Assembly (NCBI GenBank): GCA_043228905.1
Contig: JBHGNT010000003.1
Coordinates: 2,604,001 to 2,668,000, forward strand
Reading direction: 5' to 3'
Source of the DNA: Azolla caroliniana
Lineage: Eukaryota; Plantae; Polypodiophyta
Length of the DNA stretch: 64,000 bases
Position numbers and translations under genes: made by a program. Positions 24,035-37,390 of this stretch are shown one piece after another (within the stretch, counting starts at the first letter, position 1; the number at the start of each line of letters is the position of its first letter). Below the pieces are notes generated by a model, which searched no databases, had not been told where the DNA came from, and worked only from the letters and a program-made list of their open reading frames with translations.

Positions 24035-25401
24035 ATGATCTTTATGATGACAATCATAATCTCTCTCTTCAAGTTCGCGTTCTTCGTCACATATTTCTGT
24101 TTTGTCGAGTTTGCAACGATCCTCGTAAAAACCATAGGCATGTCGATCTCGATCTATCCCGTTAAGACCATGGTCTTTGTTGCATGCCTCTTCAAGACCG
24201 CAACCGTGAACATATCGATCTCTCTTGTCAACCCCATGTTCTTCTTCACGACCACATCCTCGAATATCTTCATCTTTCCTTATGAGCCCACATTCTTTGT
24301 TGAAAGTCTCTTCATGACAATAATCATGTACATCTTGATAATCTTCACTTTCGTCATCGTTGAGTAAACCATGAAAAGGTTGAGGCCCAAATCTTGATTC
24401 CATAACCATATCACACCAATCCGGAACTCCTTGATATAGTCTTTTAAGTTGCCTTGCCAACTTGAGATACTCCATCGCTCTATCCTTATCATCATGCAAC
24501 ATCATTTCGATTGCCTTTCAAATGGAAGGATCACGAGCCTCAGACCACCTTCTATTCTTATCGACTCCTCTAAGTCGTAAGCAAGCAAGACCGCATCCAT
24601 CATTCATGGTGCCTCCATTACCACCTTGTGTTGTTCATGCTGGGTTCACCCAATAGATGTCGTGTGGCGCATGACACACGTGCCAAACGTCGTGATGTGT
24701 GCGTCACAAGCACGGACAACCACCGGGCCTCTATCCGCTAGTGGTTATGGAGGATTGATGGTGGGATCATTCAAGATAATGGAACCGTAGAAGGACTAGC
24801 GCAAGTGAGATAGATATAGGCGGGAATTCCTATTCCCAGTTTGAACCTTTGACTTCAAAATTGAGATAAAAGACACCTTGCCAACAAGATAGCTAGAACT
24901 TATTAATTATTATTGATTGTATAATTGCTTACCTTTCTTTCCCTTTTCCTCCTTCTTATGTAAATGCCCCCATGCATATGTGCATGTGAGGGTTTAGTAC
25001 ATGCATACAATCCATGAGATGCATGCGATGCATGATCGCCATTTGGCGCTCATGCACATCACATGTGATGCATGACCACCATGTACTTTATCTAAGCTCT
25101 CATGTACGAACAGTTTTGTGTGAAAACTACAATGACGAAAATATCTTTTAAAGAAAACAACTTAGTCTAATGATATGCCTCCTACCTTGGAGGTGTAAGG
25201 TTCAAACCCTTACTTGCACCTCATTGTATGGGTTAGGCTTATTTTATATATATGTGTAATTAACACCTAAACATACATCAGACGGGCACATTAATGTGTT
25301 TAACAGACAGGTCTAGCCATCACTCCTTTCGCACGAGTGCACATTGCATCTTCTCGACGTTCCACGTAATTTTCACACTGTTGCTGAAAATTTTCACGAC
25401 C
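24035..25401 (-). mobile_element. LTR-like element, inverted homologue of 60353-~61330, with a tRNA-like segment and an adjacent orphan ORF
   Basis: The reverse complement of 25371-25401 (GGTCGTGAAAATTTTCAGCAACAGTGTGAAA) matches 60353 onward (TGTCGTGAAGATTTTCGGCAATAGTGTGAAA); 24950-25225 matches 60980-61240 in reverse. Confidence 0.6.
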
Positions 25402-26745
25402 AGGGACTCTAGGTTTTGACTAGAGAGAATGTACTAGCCTTAAGCCTATTCGGCGTTCAACCGACTCAATGTTGTGGGCTCCACTTGAGTGGACAAGCCC
25501 CAACACTTTTTTATCAGAGTTGTGAAATGTTAAATCTTAATGTTAAATGGTGTAGTGTATTTATTGTCATTAATCACATTGTCTTCAATATGGATGCTTC
25601 ACTTGGGCCCGACTTGGCTAATGTTAGAATTGATCAAACATTCTCAATAATGGTTGTTAAGATCATGGGGGAAAGGATTAAGGAATGACTCTTGAGGCAA
25701 ATGTGTGTCATTTTCAGTAGAAAGCAACCTTCCGCCAATGTAACCTTTGAGTATAATGGCTTCATTAATTGAAATCTTGCTCTTTTCGACTTTGGATCTT
25801 TTCGCTCTTTTTGATTTTGGGTCTTTTTGGTGTTTTTTGGGATCCCCAACATTAGGAATAAGGGAACTTGTTGGCTCTCTGAAATATTTAACCTTTAAAA
25901 TATATACAAGTAACGGATAGGACTTGTTCCTGATAGGCAACAATCATGTCTGAGGAAATGGCAATGACCAAAAATATGCGGCATTGAAAAACTAAGCAAC
26001 GTTAATAAGAATATGACACTTATATTTTTAATGTAGCACCACATCTTGATCATCCTCTAATATGAAAGCATAGCTTTAGAATCTAGTAAATGGCCAAAAT
26101 AAAGGAATCTAAATTAATAGGATCAGAACAAAGGAATGGAGTCGGTGGAAACCATGACTTTATAGAAAGAGGCAACAATTTTGAGCCTAACTCCCATAAA
26201 AAACTGCCAATCAGTTAGTTACACACACAACATACTTTTGTGAAGTCTCAAAAATTCCGTCAATGGACAAAACATCTCATAGTAGACCCACCAGATCATA
26301 ACAGAGTTATCTCTGTAACATATCCACTAGTTTAATTATATCCACTAGTTTAATTAGTACGCCTAGGCATGATACTTTTGGACCAATGACTAGTATGAGT
26401 GTTGGGCATTACGTACACGACTCTTTCCCAATAGCTATGTACCTACTCAGAAACTCAACTCAGTCAAGATCACAAGAATAAAAGAAGATGAGATCTCAAG
26501 CCCAATCATTCGAGAACTGATTGTGGCATTTTTATGTGCCCCCTCTCCTGCCTATTCTCTCTCTCTCTCTCATAGGTCATATTTGATATCCGAAGACGAT
26601 AATATAATCTATCTATCTATCTATCTCTCATTTTTCTCTCCATTCTTATCTCCTACGAGAAAAGACTAGGGCTTGTACTTCATTTCTGCAAGCAAGCATC
26701 CCAAGTTTGTGCCCACTGAAGAAGAAGAAGAAGTTTAAGAGAATT

Positions 26746-28182
26746 ATGAACAATGAAATCAACCTTACCTATCAGATAGATCAATCTAAATGCTGTGCTA
26801 AAGAAGAGAAATGGAAAGCAGACATGATTATAAGGATCAATGAGGCTGATACTAACGCTAATAGACATGGCTCTAACGAAAGTTGGAAGATTTCGAAGCC
26901 ACCAAAAGCATTAGTGGATGTGAAGCCACTATCATATTGCCCTCAGATCCTGACTATCGGCCCATTGTATGAAAGGCTTGGCGGTAGCTCTTCTCTTTAT
27001 GATTGTAAGGCACAGTGTGTGAACAGATTCATGCGACGACATGGGATATCAGATGTAGAACAGCTCATGCAATGCCTCTTCGATGAACCATGTAATCTTC
27101 ACACGCATTATTCGGGCCTTCCCAATTATAGCGAGGAAGCTCTCAAATTTATCGTCACTGTCGATACCGTCTTCCTTAATGAATTCTTGATATATCTGAC
27201 GACGGGCTGGGAATCCGTGGAAGATTACGACTTCTTCTTCTTCAACGCATTCTGCAATAATGGCATCACTATAAAGCAACTATGGAAGGACTTGTTTTTG
27301 ATGGGCAACCAAATTCCCATGCCCTTTCTGCTGAAGCTGATTGAAAAATTTCCCAAGAAACTCAACTCCAAAGATGAAAAGGATGAACTCTGTAAAGCAC
27401 TGGCTTTGCTCTTTACTTGTGTTGATCCATTCACTATCAGGCATGCTCGGGAGAGGCCATTTCAAACTTCAGAATATCTCGATTGCAATCATCTACTTGA
27501 TTGCTTATATATTTGCGTCCTCAGACAACGATCACAAAAGAATAAGAAACATCCCATAAATCCATGTAGCTTTCGAATACCACTAAACATTGTCTGTCCG
27601 AAACAAGCCATGACTAGAGGCAAACTGCGTGAGCGCCTCCCATCCGCATCGCAGCTCTCTAAAGCCGGCATCTCGTTCAGGGCGATCGAAGGTTCCATAT
27701 CAGTGATGAAGTACGAAAAGCGAAAGCTTCGGCTCTATCTTCCACGGCTTGTGGTGTACGACTACACAGAGGATACGCTGAGGAACCTCATTGCACATGA
27801 ACAAACCTCCAAAGATGGAGGTGAGCTCACTAAGTATGCGGTCATCATGGACTCGCTCATCGACACAGCGGAGGATGTGGCCATCTTGACAAATGCCGAA
27901 GTGATCGAGAATCACTTGGGGAGCGATGAGAAGTTGCTCAAGATGTGGAACGACATGTGCACCACTGTGCCGGATGGACCGTGTGAGAAATGGGACCGCA
28001 TGATAGCCGATGTTCTGCACCACTATCATTGCCCTTGGCGTGCCATGTATGTCGAGTTTCGTGAGAAGTATTTCTCTCGGCCATGGCTAACGATTTCGCT
28101 CATTGTCGCGTTTCTACTGCTCCTCTTCTCATTAGTGCAGACATGCTATACTGTCGCAGGCTTTTACCAATCTAAGCACTAA
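26746..28182 (+). CDS. DUF247/UPF0481-family membrane-anchored protein, copy D (478 aa from ATG 26746, intronless, intact)
   Basis: First in-frame ATG aligns with the start of copy B; contains YCPQILTIGPLY, DLFLMGNQIP, HLLDCLY, LPSASQLSKAGISF, LRNLIAHEQ, MDSLIDTAEDV, LGSDE and TM PWLTISLIVAFLLLLFSLVQTCYTV. Confidence 0.9.
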   Translation: MNNEINLTYQIDQSKCCAKEEKWKADMIIRINEADTNANRHGSNESWKISKPPKALVDVKPLSYCPQILTIGPLYERLGGSSSLYDCKAQCVNRFMRRHGISDVEQLMQCLFDEPCNLHTHYSGLPNYSEEALKFIVTVDTVFLNEFLIYLTTGWESVEDYDFFFFNAFCNNGITIKQLWKDLFLMGNQIPMPFLLKLIEKFPKKLNSKDEKDELCKALALLFTCVDPFTIRHARERPFQTSEYLDCNHLLDCLYICVLRQRSQKNKKHPINPCSFRIPLNIVCPKQAMTRGKLRERLPSASQLSKAGISFRAIEGSISVMKYEKRKLRLYLPRLVVYDYTEDTLRNLIAHEQTSKDGGELTKYAVIMDSLIDTAEDVAILTNAEVIENHLGSDEKLLKMWNDMCTTVPDGPCEKWDRMIADVLHHYHCPWRAMYVEFREKYFSRPWLTISLIVAFLLLLFSLVQTCYTVAGFYQSKH

Positions 28183-29922
28183 ATTAATCCTAAGGGCAAT
28201 AAGAAGGAAGCTTTGGTTATTTCTGTTATTTCTCACTCATTTGGGATTTCATTATACGTTATTTCTGTTATTATTGCATTTGCAGCTCATAACTCTTGGA
28301 AGAAGTTACATTTAAGTGACAAGGAATAAGAGTCACAATTAAAATGAAGTACGTTACGTACGAGTCTTATTCGACAATCATGTACGTATTAATCACATCA
28401 CAAACATAATGTTACGAACTTACGAAGTACCCCAACATATATAAGAGTTTCCATACAATGCGTCAACCCTAAAAGGATGAGTGTTGGAAAGTAATATGTA
28501 CCAATCTTATTTGCTGGAATAGTAGGTTTATAATTTGTACACAAATGTCACCTTCTTGACACAAACTTCCTCTACCTTGATAAGCTCATCTATCATGTGA
28601 AAGAAGAAATGAATATTCAGATCAATTTGACAAGAAACGTTTGGCATCCCATCAAAACACGTTGACATCAGTACAGTAAACTTTCCACGATTGAGTCATC
28701 ATGGATCCCACCAAAACCACATAAGGATGTGCCTCAATAAGCAAAGTCTATCATGTAAAAGAAGAAAGGAATATCAAAGTCTAGAGTTATAGATGACCAA
28801 TAGTGGAGATAAATCAAATGAGAGTTCCCATCGTCTAGTCCATATATATGAGTTTCAACCTACAATATATTTTTTGTATACAGATTTTATCGTCGATCTT
28901 TGATCTTCCCAAATAATGGTTATTTCTCATACAGATTTTATGTCTACATGGCTATTAATAATGTAATATCAAATCATGATTATGTGCCATGTTATAAAAT
29001 TTTCAACTAGTGATCATTCGTAGGTTAGTGATATAGTTCAAATTTATATTATTTTCATAAAGGGTGCTCGATCACTTATTTTTTATATTCAATATTTTCT
29101 CTATTTGGCATTATGTAGTGCAACTTGGTAGCTCATGACCTGAAATCCCCAGAATACCATTTCTAGAGGACCAGCTCCACAAACTCCAAACTAATTACTA
29201 GAATTAAATAGTATGCTATTCTGTTTCATTGTAGAAGTGTGGTGCTATTCATTTATTTGGGATTTCATTGTACTTTATTTCTGTTATTGTTCCATAGGAA
29301 TTCATAACTATTGGAAGATGATGTAGTAGAAGTAAAGCAAGTCACATGGAATGATGGATACCCTAAGAGTCCATGGACTCATAAAAACATGGTCTAATAT
29401 GCTAGATACACTATGATATCGACCTTACCATAAATATTTCCTGATTAATTTCTTATTGAGTATCTCATAACAGGAATTGGTTAAATAAGAAAATTAGCAA
29501 TTATCATGTCAATTGCCAACAAAATACATTTTGTATGAATCTCATTAAACAATCATCTACACATTGATGGAAACACTAACATAATGTTAGGATACCCCAA
29601 CATAGAGTGCTCATTTCAAGCCACACAGTGCATAGCCAAAATTTATGCTAGAGCTCAACCTTAAAGAATGGGCATTGGCAAGTAATATGCAACAATCTTA
29701 TTTGCTGAAATATTTGTACATTATATTTCGTTAGCAACATTTATGACATGGATGACGTAGAAGAAGATGTGGACAATTTTGGATGTATGGTTTGGCTATG
29801 GTGTATAAAATAAGGAAGAAGAAGGAGAAGACGGCCACGCTTCTTTGGTTCACTTCTATTGGCCAAGTCTTAAGTTTTCACACCAGGAGAGGAGGAGAAC
29901 TAGCAATTGTGAAGCTTCCGCT

Positions 29923-30133
29923 ATGGTGAGCTTTATCCCTGTGGAGCTCAGGATTGGGCCTATTCTGTCACTACTACTGTTCATAGCAGGGTTACACCAG
30001 CTATGGGGACTAAACACCATCATGAGAAGGCGCTGCCATTACCTCCACTTGCAGAATCTGATGTGATAAGAACGCAGTTCCAGATCTGGATCAATTATAG
30101 AAAGGGAGATATGGATGTTGTCTCAGTAGCTTT
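29923..30133 (+). pseudogene. CYP remnant 4 with the same deletions as remnant 1; 47-codon sORF at 29923-30066
   Basis: [47 protein letters not shown]; the alternate frame reads HHHEKALPLPPLAESDVIRTQFQIWIN; CYP-type promoter at 29745-29920. Confidence 0.8.
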
Positions 30134-30499
30134 AAAGGAAAAACTTTTTCCACCGGGGCTACACGTTATTGTTCATTTTGTATCATACTTTTTGTATTGT
30201 AATTTGTATTACAATACATATGTCCCTAGGTCCTCACTTACCCCTTTTACCCCTTACTTCTCCTGCTACATCAAGACAAGTGGACGGCATTGATGGGTAT
30301 CTTGGTTTGGGACAAGAGCACTAGAGAAGTCATGGACACAACCGCATCTAGGAGTTGTTCGAAGATTTGGAACATCACCAAGATGGATTGCATGTCGGCA
30401 ACTTGGACACACGGGTGGTAGACTGGGGATAAACACATATGACCATGGAATTAAAGAAATACCAATGAATGATGTGGGACAAATGGATAACAATACTCT

Positions 30500-30770
30500 A
30501 CGCCATGCATTTGAAGTGGGAGTTCTGAATAGATGCTTATCAAACCATGGTAAAAAACATTGGGAAACGGTCAAGATGATATTGAGATACCTAAGAATAA
30601 ACGTCTATGTTTGGGTAGCACTAACTATATGGATTTCAAGACTAGATTATGACATGGGCATAGTCAACTTGTACCTAGATTTCTTTGTAATAGTCAACGT
30701 ACCATATCTCTAACAAAAACATTGGTCTATCATGTGAAGGAAGCACATTTGAGTGCAATATCATGTCATC
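30500..30770 (+). mobile_element. Decayed copia RT/RNase H remnant (module copy)
   Basis: ORF 30465 reads HAFEVGVLNRCLSNHGKKHWETVKMILRYL (copia RT end motif). Confidence 0.7.
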
Positions 30771-31259
30771 TGGGAAAGCATAGTTAGCGGGTCAATTAGT
30801 CCTGAGAAGGATGTTTCTTGAGCACAAGTCTTCGATTCAACTTCCATCTTCCCAAATAATTGTTTTGCGGCATATAGATTTTATGTGAGTTTTCAGTGAG
30901 AAGACAAGTTATAGAAAAGATGTTAACAATTTACAAAATTTTCAGACCTTGAGGTCTTCATGGGTCCCACCAAAACAAACTAGCTAATGATGCTTGCCTA
31001 TCAAGTTTGCAAAGAAGAAAACAATTTCCACGTGGAGTGATAACCAATGATTGACATTAACTAAAATTAGTATTTGGACAATTACATATGATTAACTTTA
31101 AATAATAAATGCTACCATAGGTATCTATTGTAAACTCAAAACGGACATCTTTTAAGTGTAATAAAATGTTAAAATGTGGATATGCAAAACGTTAGAAAGA
31201 AAGATATATTAATGTCTTCTAAGGCCAAATTTGGCCCATGAGACAATTGGTTAACAACA

Positions 31260-32360
31260 AAATGAGTATTTATCCGGTCATCATAACTAGAATAAAATAA
31301 AGTAAAAATTGAACTTAAGCTAAAAGAGTTCTAGTAGTGTAAAATAAGTGGTATACTCGATAAAGGAAGTGACTTTACACTAAGCCTAATTTTATTTCCA
31401 CCCAAGCCTCTCGACAAGAACTGGGGTGTCAAATGGTTTTGATGTGGGTGTGACCCGTGGTCCCAATGTAGAGAGTGCCCTAGCCATGGCTTCTAGGTGG
31501 TGTAGCTCACGTTCCCTTATTTTCATTATTGCTTCCACACCACGTGGAGTTGCTTTGAAACCCGGCACCCGAGGACGTCTAGTTCTTCTTTGATTTGCTG
31601 CCTCATCAAGGGAAAGGTCGAGTGGTGCAAGTGTGTCAACATTCGTTACGTCGAGTTGCTTTGAAACCCGACACCCGAGGACGTCTGGTTCTTCTTTGAT
31701 TTGCTGCCTCATCAAGGGAAAGGTCGAGTGGTGCAGGTGTGTCAACATTCGTTGTCTCCCCCTCTTCCTGAAAAACTCCATTTGTTACATGTTGGTGAAA
31801 GTTAGCAACATTATTGTCAACATTTTGTAACTTATTCTCTCTGTGTTGTTTTAGCTCTAGAATGTATTTGCCTAATTTCTTTATATCTAGAATATCTAAT
31901 AGTTTAGGGAGGGTGGGAGAGGAACCAAGTATGACTTGGTATTTTTCCCTTATCTCGACATCGGTGGGACATTTGCATGTAAAATGGTACCCATCCTCTA
32001 TCTCTATGTGGCATAACCTACATATCATTTCCTCCCTAGGGACTCCATTAGTACGTCCATTCTCAATCTCAAGTTGGTGAGATGATATTCTAAGTTGACC
32101 AATGGCAACCCTTAGTGCACGTGGTAAGAATACATCTAGATATTTTGGTTGCGTAATAAAACCTAACTTAGAGAAGTGCATGAAGTGTTCCTTATAGTAC
32201 AACATTTTAGATTGGAGTGGCTCTAGTGAGGTGATCCATTTATACCGAGTATAAATTTGCCATATTTCTTGGCATATTACTTTATTGCAGTCCTCATGAG
32301 AGATTAAAGTGTTATCAGTCGCATGGTCGTACTTAAGGGGGGGAAGGTTATTAATGTCTA
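31260..32360 (-). mobile_element. LINE (RTE-X-like) ORF2 C-terminal part and 3' region
   Basis: LRISSHQLEIENGR...CRLCHIEIEDGYHFTCKCP zinc-finger tail typical of RTE-X/CR1-group LINEs; contains a 106-bp tandem duplication at 31547-31753. Confidence 0.75.
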
Positions 32361-32361
32361 G

Positions 32362-35300
32362 ACGAATCCGGATGTGGATCATCTATCCGCTTTGTATCCT
32401 GCCTAGTCCGCGTCTATGTACCCTTCAAGTCGAATGGTCATATTCGACTTATACAAGATGCCATAATCCACTGTTGTGCTGACATACCGTAGTATCCTCT
32501 TAGCGCAATTGAGGTGAAGGTTTCTTGGATTCTGCATGAATTGGCTAAGTAGGCCGACCAAATAACTGAGGTTGGGTCGCGTAATGGTTAGGTAGATTAG
32601 ACTGCTGATCAGTTGACAATACTGAGTCGACTCGCTCGCGACCGTGCCAGAGCTGGCATCGACCTTGAGATTACATTCAAGGGGGGTAGTCACAGGTTTG
32701 CACTCTGTCATTCCGAACTTGTAGAGTAAGTTGAGAATGTAGTGTCGTTGTGAGATCACGATCCCGACTAGTGTCCGAATTACTTCAATACCTAGAAAGT
32801 AATGAAGTTCGTGTACGTCCTTCATTTTGAATCTGTTAGAAACAAGTGATTTAACTTTGTTAATCTCGGTGAGATTCTTTCCTCCGATAACCAAGTCATC
32901 CACATATAGAATGATGACTATTGGGCTATCTGACTCATTTCGGATGTACAGACATGTATCGGATTTTGACATCCGAAATCCAACTTGGTAAAGATGCTAC
33001 GTGATCTTCGAGTGCCAAGCACGCGGTGCTTGTTTGAGGCCGTAGAGTGGCTTCTTGAGTCGGCATACAACGTGCGGATGATTACGTGATTCGAATCCGG
33101 GTGGTTGTGTCATATATACCTCTTCTTCAAGCTCTCCTTGGAGGAAGGCATTTTTCACGTCCATCTGAGGGAGGTGCCACCCTTTTGTTGTTGCTAGCGC
33201 AATTACGGTCCGTATTGTTGTCATCTTTGCCACCGGGGCAAAGGTTTCTTCGTAGTCTATGCCGTGTGTTTGTGCGTAGACTTTTGCAACGAGTCGTGCT
33301 TTGAAGCGATTTACGGAACCATCAACATTGTGCTTCACCTTGTAAATCTACCTGCAACCAATTGGTTTCTTGTTTGGGGGGTAAGGAACGAGATCCCATG
33401 TCTCGTTTTTGCATAACGCTTCCATCTCCTCATTCATCGTGTTGACCCATCGCGGATCCTTTGCGGCTTCGGAAAGTGTTTCTGGTTCCCATACTGACAC
33501 TACCTTCATCATGAATGAGTAATGATACGCCATGTACTCGTCGTAGTTGTAGCGGTTTACGGGGTTCTTCTCACGTGTGGATCGGCGTGGCTTGTCATTT
33601 GCGGATTCTAGGGGTTTCTTCATGCCGTCTGTGTGGATGTCAAGGCCTTCGACCTCACTGTTGAGATCGAAATGATCTTCATACTCTTGCATTATCGCCT
33701 TGCCTTTGTCTAGTAGTGAACTTGGCCAGAATGTGCTTTGATCACTTGGGGGCTCTTGTGGTCCGCATAGCCATGTCAAAATTGGGCTTTCTTTGTGCAT
33801 ATGCGTGAGACGATCTTCGACTTCTATTCTTATTTCGGTGTCATCCACATTTAGCGGAGTCGAAGTATTCTCTGGTGCGTACCAGGATGCGAACTCGTCG
33901 AAGAGTACGTCTCGACTGATGCAAACTTTTCGGTTAGATGGGTTGTAGAACTTGTACCCCTTCTGTTCGAGTGAGTATCCTATGAGGATACATTTCTCTG
34001 ACTTCAGATCGAGCTTTTGTCTCGTATCGTCGAGAATATGTACGTAGGCGATAGTGCTGAAAATGTAGACATGCGATAAGTTCGGCTTCTTTCTAAAGAA
34101 CTTCTGATGAGGAGTTATGTCGTGTACTCCTGAGGTTGTGCACCTATTCATGAGGTATACGGGCGTGTTCGCCGCTTCTGCCCAGTACGATTTCGCCAAG
34201 TTCTTCTCATTCATCATGGCTTGTGCGACTTCTACTATGTGGCGGTTTTTACTCTCAGCTATGCCATTTTACTGAGGTGTATATCAACACATGAACTCTT
34301 GTCGGATTCCTTCCTTGCGGAGATACGCCGAGAACTCATCCGAAAAATATTCATTGCCTCCATCTGATCGAAGGCAGCATACATGCCGGCCCGTGGCTTT
34401 TTCCACTTCGGCTTTGAACTTCTAGAAGTGGCCGAACACTTCACTCTTTTGCTTCATCGGATAAATCCAGGTATTTCTACAGAAGTCTTCCATGAACGTG
34501 ACATAGTAACGGCATCCACCAAAAGTAGTTGTTTGGGCTGGTCCCCACACGTCTGAATGTATGAAATCCAAGATCCTTTTGCTTACATTCTGCTCCTTTG
34601 GGAATGGATGATGGCGTTGCTTTTCGAATTCGCATGCTTCGCACACGCCCGTGATCTCCTTTGCCGTAATGTTCGGGAGTCCGATTACGACTACTTTTGT
34701 CTACATGTTCTGAAGCTTCTAGAGATTGATGTGGCCGATTCTCTTGTGCCACAACTTTAAGTCGGTTTCGACTTTCTGGCCCTTTGCGTACATAGCCGAC
34801 TTTACTTCGCTCGACTCAAGGATGAACATACGACCTTCTCGTCTGCCGTGGGATATGATTTGATTGCCTTTTTCAATGAAGCACCCATCGTTGTTGAAGC
34901 GTACCTGCATTCCTTGTTCTACAATCTGGCCGACAGAGACCAGAGTTTTTGTGATGGTGGGAACATGTAGTGCGTTCTTGAGGTAGGTCTCTTCCCCATC
35001 GTTTCCGAACGGGACATTCCCGATATGCTGTATTGGATGAGTCGTATCATCGCCGATTTCAACATATCAGGGACTTTCGGGCTTCCGTAATTCCCGAAAC
35101 CAATCTTCATGGGAAGTCATGTGATTGGAAGCTCCCGAATCGACAAACCATACACTATTAGGAGTGGAGGCGCTGGTTGTCGCAAATGCAGACATAGAGT
35201 GTGTTTCGTGCTTCATTATGAACATTCCGCCACAGTCGCCGTAGTCAGAGTTTGAGGCGTAATTTGTCAGTTGTCAGCCTGCCTCACGTTTCTTCTTCCG

Positions 35301-36515
35301 GCACTCCTCTTCATAATGGCCGGGTTTTCGGCAATACCCACACTCGACTCGATTTCGGTGATTGCTCGGTCCGGCGTTATGACTCCCCCTTCCGCCGAAC
35401 TCTCTGGGACCATTTCTATTCGTTTGCCATTGGTGAGAGTTACGCTCTTTATTTTGCCGATCATTACAACCTTGTCCAAAGCAACCTTTCTGACCTCGAC
35501 CGAGCTTCCTTCTATCATTCGATTGGGAGTAGAGCATATGACCATCTGGTGCGTTGCTCCTTTGCCAGGCGTGATTCTCTTCGACCAGCAATATCGACTG
35601 AAGGTCGAAGAAGGAGGGAGGGTTCTCGCTTACAAGAATAGCCGATCTAATCGCGCCAAAATGCGGCGCTAAGCCTCCGAGGCATATCTGCACCAGTTCG
35701 TCATCATCAATGACGACGTTGATCGATCCGAGGGCGTCGCATAGCTCCTTGATCTTCAAGGTATAGCTTGATATTGACATGTCTCTCTGTTGGATGCTAT
35801 TCAGCTCCTATTGAAGCTGGAGCTTGCGTGCAACCATGTTGGTTGCGAAAATCTTTTTGAGATTTTCCCACGCCTACTTCGGCGTTTTTGCCTCTCGAAT
35901 GTAGCCAAGCATGTGATCATGAACACATGACGCAAGGCAATACAACACACGGCTTGTGGCCTGCTCCCAAGCGGGATAGTCGGCATGTGTTGAGTTGGGG
36001 TGTGATTCGTGAGCTCCTTCAATGTAGCTCTAGTAGCCTTGTCCGACAAGATATTGATGCATTTTGTATTCCCAAGATGCAAAATTCGTTCTGTTGAGCT
36101 TCTCGGTAGGAAGAGCGCTTCCCATTTGAGTATTCATGGTAATTTCTTCTCTGTCGAGCTTCTCGGTAGGAAGAGCGCTTCCCATTTGAGTATTCATGGT
36201 GATTTCTTCTCTGTCGATGGGCCGGTTCTATTAATCGTCGGCGTGCAGCACAACATAGTCAAAAATGCTTGATCAGGCAACCACACGCTCTAATACCATG
36301 TTAAGAAATGGGAAGGCAAGAGTGGTTGCAATGTAGCGAAAGATGAGTGTGTGTGTGTGTGTGTGTGTCAACAAATGAGAGAGCAAGAGAGAGTGAGAGC
36401 TTAAGACAGAGATAATCAAACTATATATTACATAAGACTTCCAACAGTCACTAAGTTACAATGAGTTTGTTTATATACCAACTAAGCTAGGGCAAGCGCC
36501 CTTTCTGCTATTTAC
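32362..36515 (-). mobile_element. Degenerate Ty1/copia (partial 5' LTR 36299-36515, PBS, gag, PR, IN, RT; 3' end lost) nested in the LINE
   Basis: Minus-strand LTR end ...AACA followed by PBS TGGTATTAGAGC (36298-36287); CGYCRKPGHYEEEC zinc knuckle, [50 protein letters not shown]; many stops and frameshifts. Shares RY.Y.EYMA.HY..M.KV with the 21-kb copy, so likely the same family. Confidence 0.85.
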
Positions 36516-37390
36516 AAAACTAGCCTGGTATGTCCAAGGGGTAGTGTGAACCTATCTATGGGAAGTTGAGTTCGATTCTTAACTGTGACGTTAGAGATAT
36601 CACATTTTAGCTCGAAGTATAAGAAACTATGAAAACTAGCCTGGTATGTCCATGGGCTAGTGTGAACCTATCTATGGGAAGTTGAGTTCGATTCTCAATA
36701 GTGACGTTAGAGATATCACATTTTAGCTCGAAGTATAAGAAACTATGGTCCGCACCAATAGGGCATGGGGCCACCCGGAAGGAGTTAATCATGTGGGTAG
36801 CTTCAGGGCGTCCTATTAGATAATCAACTGTGCTTTCCCCTCCTCCATTTGGGAAAAATGTGAGCTCTTCCGAGCCCAACCACTTGGCTAAACCATTATA
36901 TATGACCATCTGGTGCTGACTACCAAGCTCGAGCAAATGATGGCCAAAGCTCATGGCGTCCGCACCTTGATCCTTTCATCTACGTGTGATGTCTATGTCT
37001 AAAGGATCAACATTTACCATTTCTAAGTTTTCTATTCATCTGAAATATTGTGCATTGTCGGGATTGGGTTCTCGCATTAAAGTCTCCTATAAGGAATACT
37101 TCTCCTTGGGAAGAATATCAGATTATGTCATCCGATAGAGGTTCGTATGGGGAAGGCCCATGTGGCACTCCTTCATCAACTAATCTCGCCTCGCCAACCA
37201 GATTATAACAAGAGCCTTTCGGGGGGAAGTAACAAATGGTGAAAAATATTGCCTTGTCCTTGCTTGTGGAGACTTTCACCCACATAAAACGAGCTTCTGG
37301 GTATGTTCTCAGTATTTCTATCCTATTATGTAGCTCTCTTCGAAACAATATTGCGACACCTCCAAATCCCCTGGTAGTGCATCGACGTGA
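36516..37390 (-). mobile_element. LINE APE-endonuclease domain (5' part of the LINE whose 3' end lies at 31260-32360)
   Basis: GGVAILFRR, FMWVKV, TICYFPP, GDFNART, STVDYLIG and ADHSFLYF endonuclease motifs; 116-bp tandem duplication at 36516-36747 on the copia junction. Confidence 0.75.

Noticed and set aside
26707-26745. ORF-track start (TTG) for DUF247 D
   Set aside because: Non-ATG start in sequence homologous to the 5' leader of other copies; ATG 26746 is preferred.
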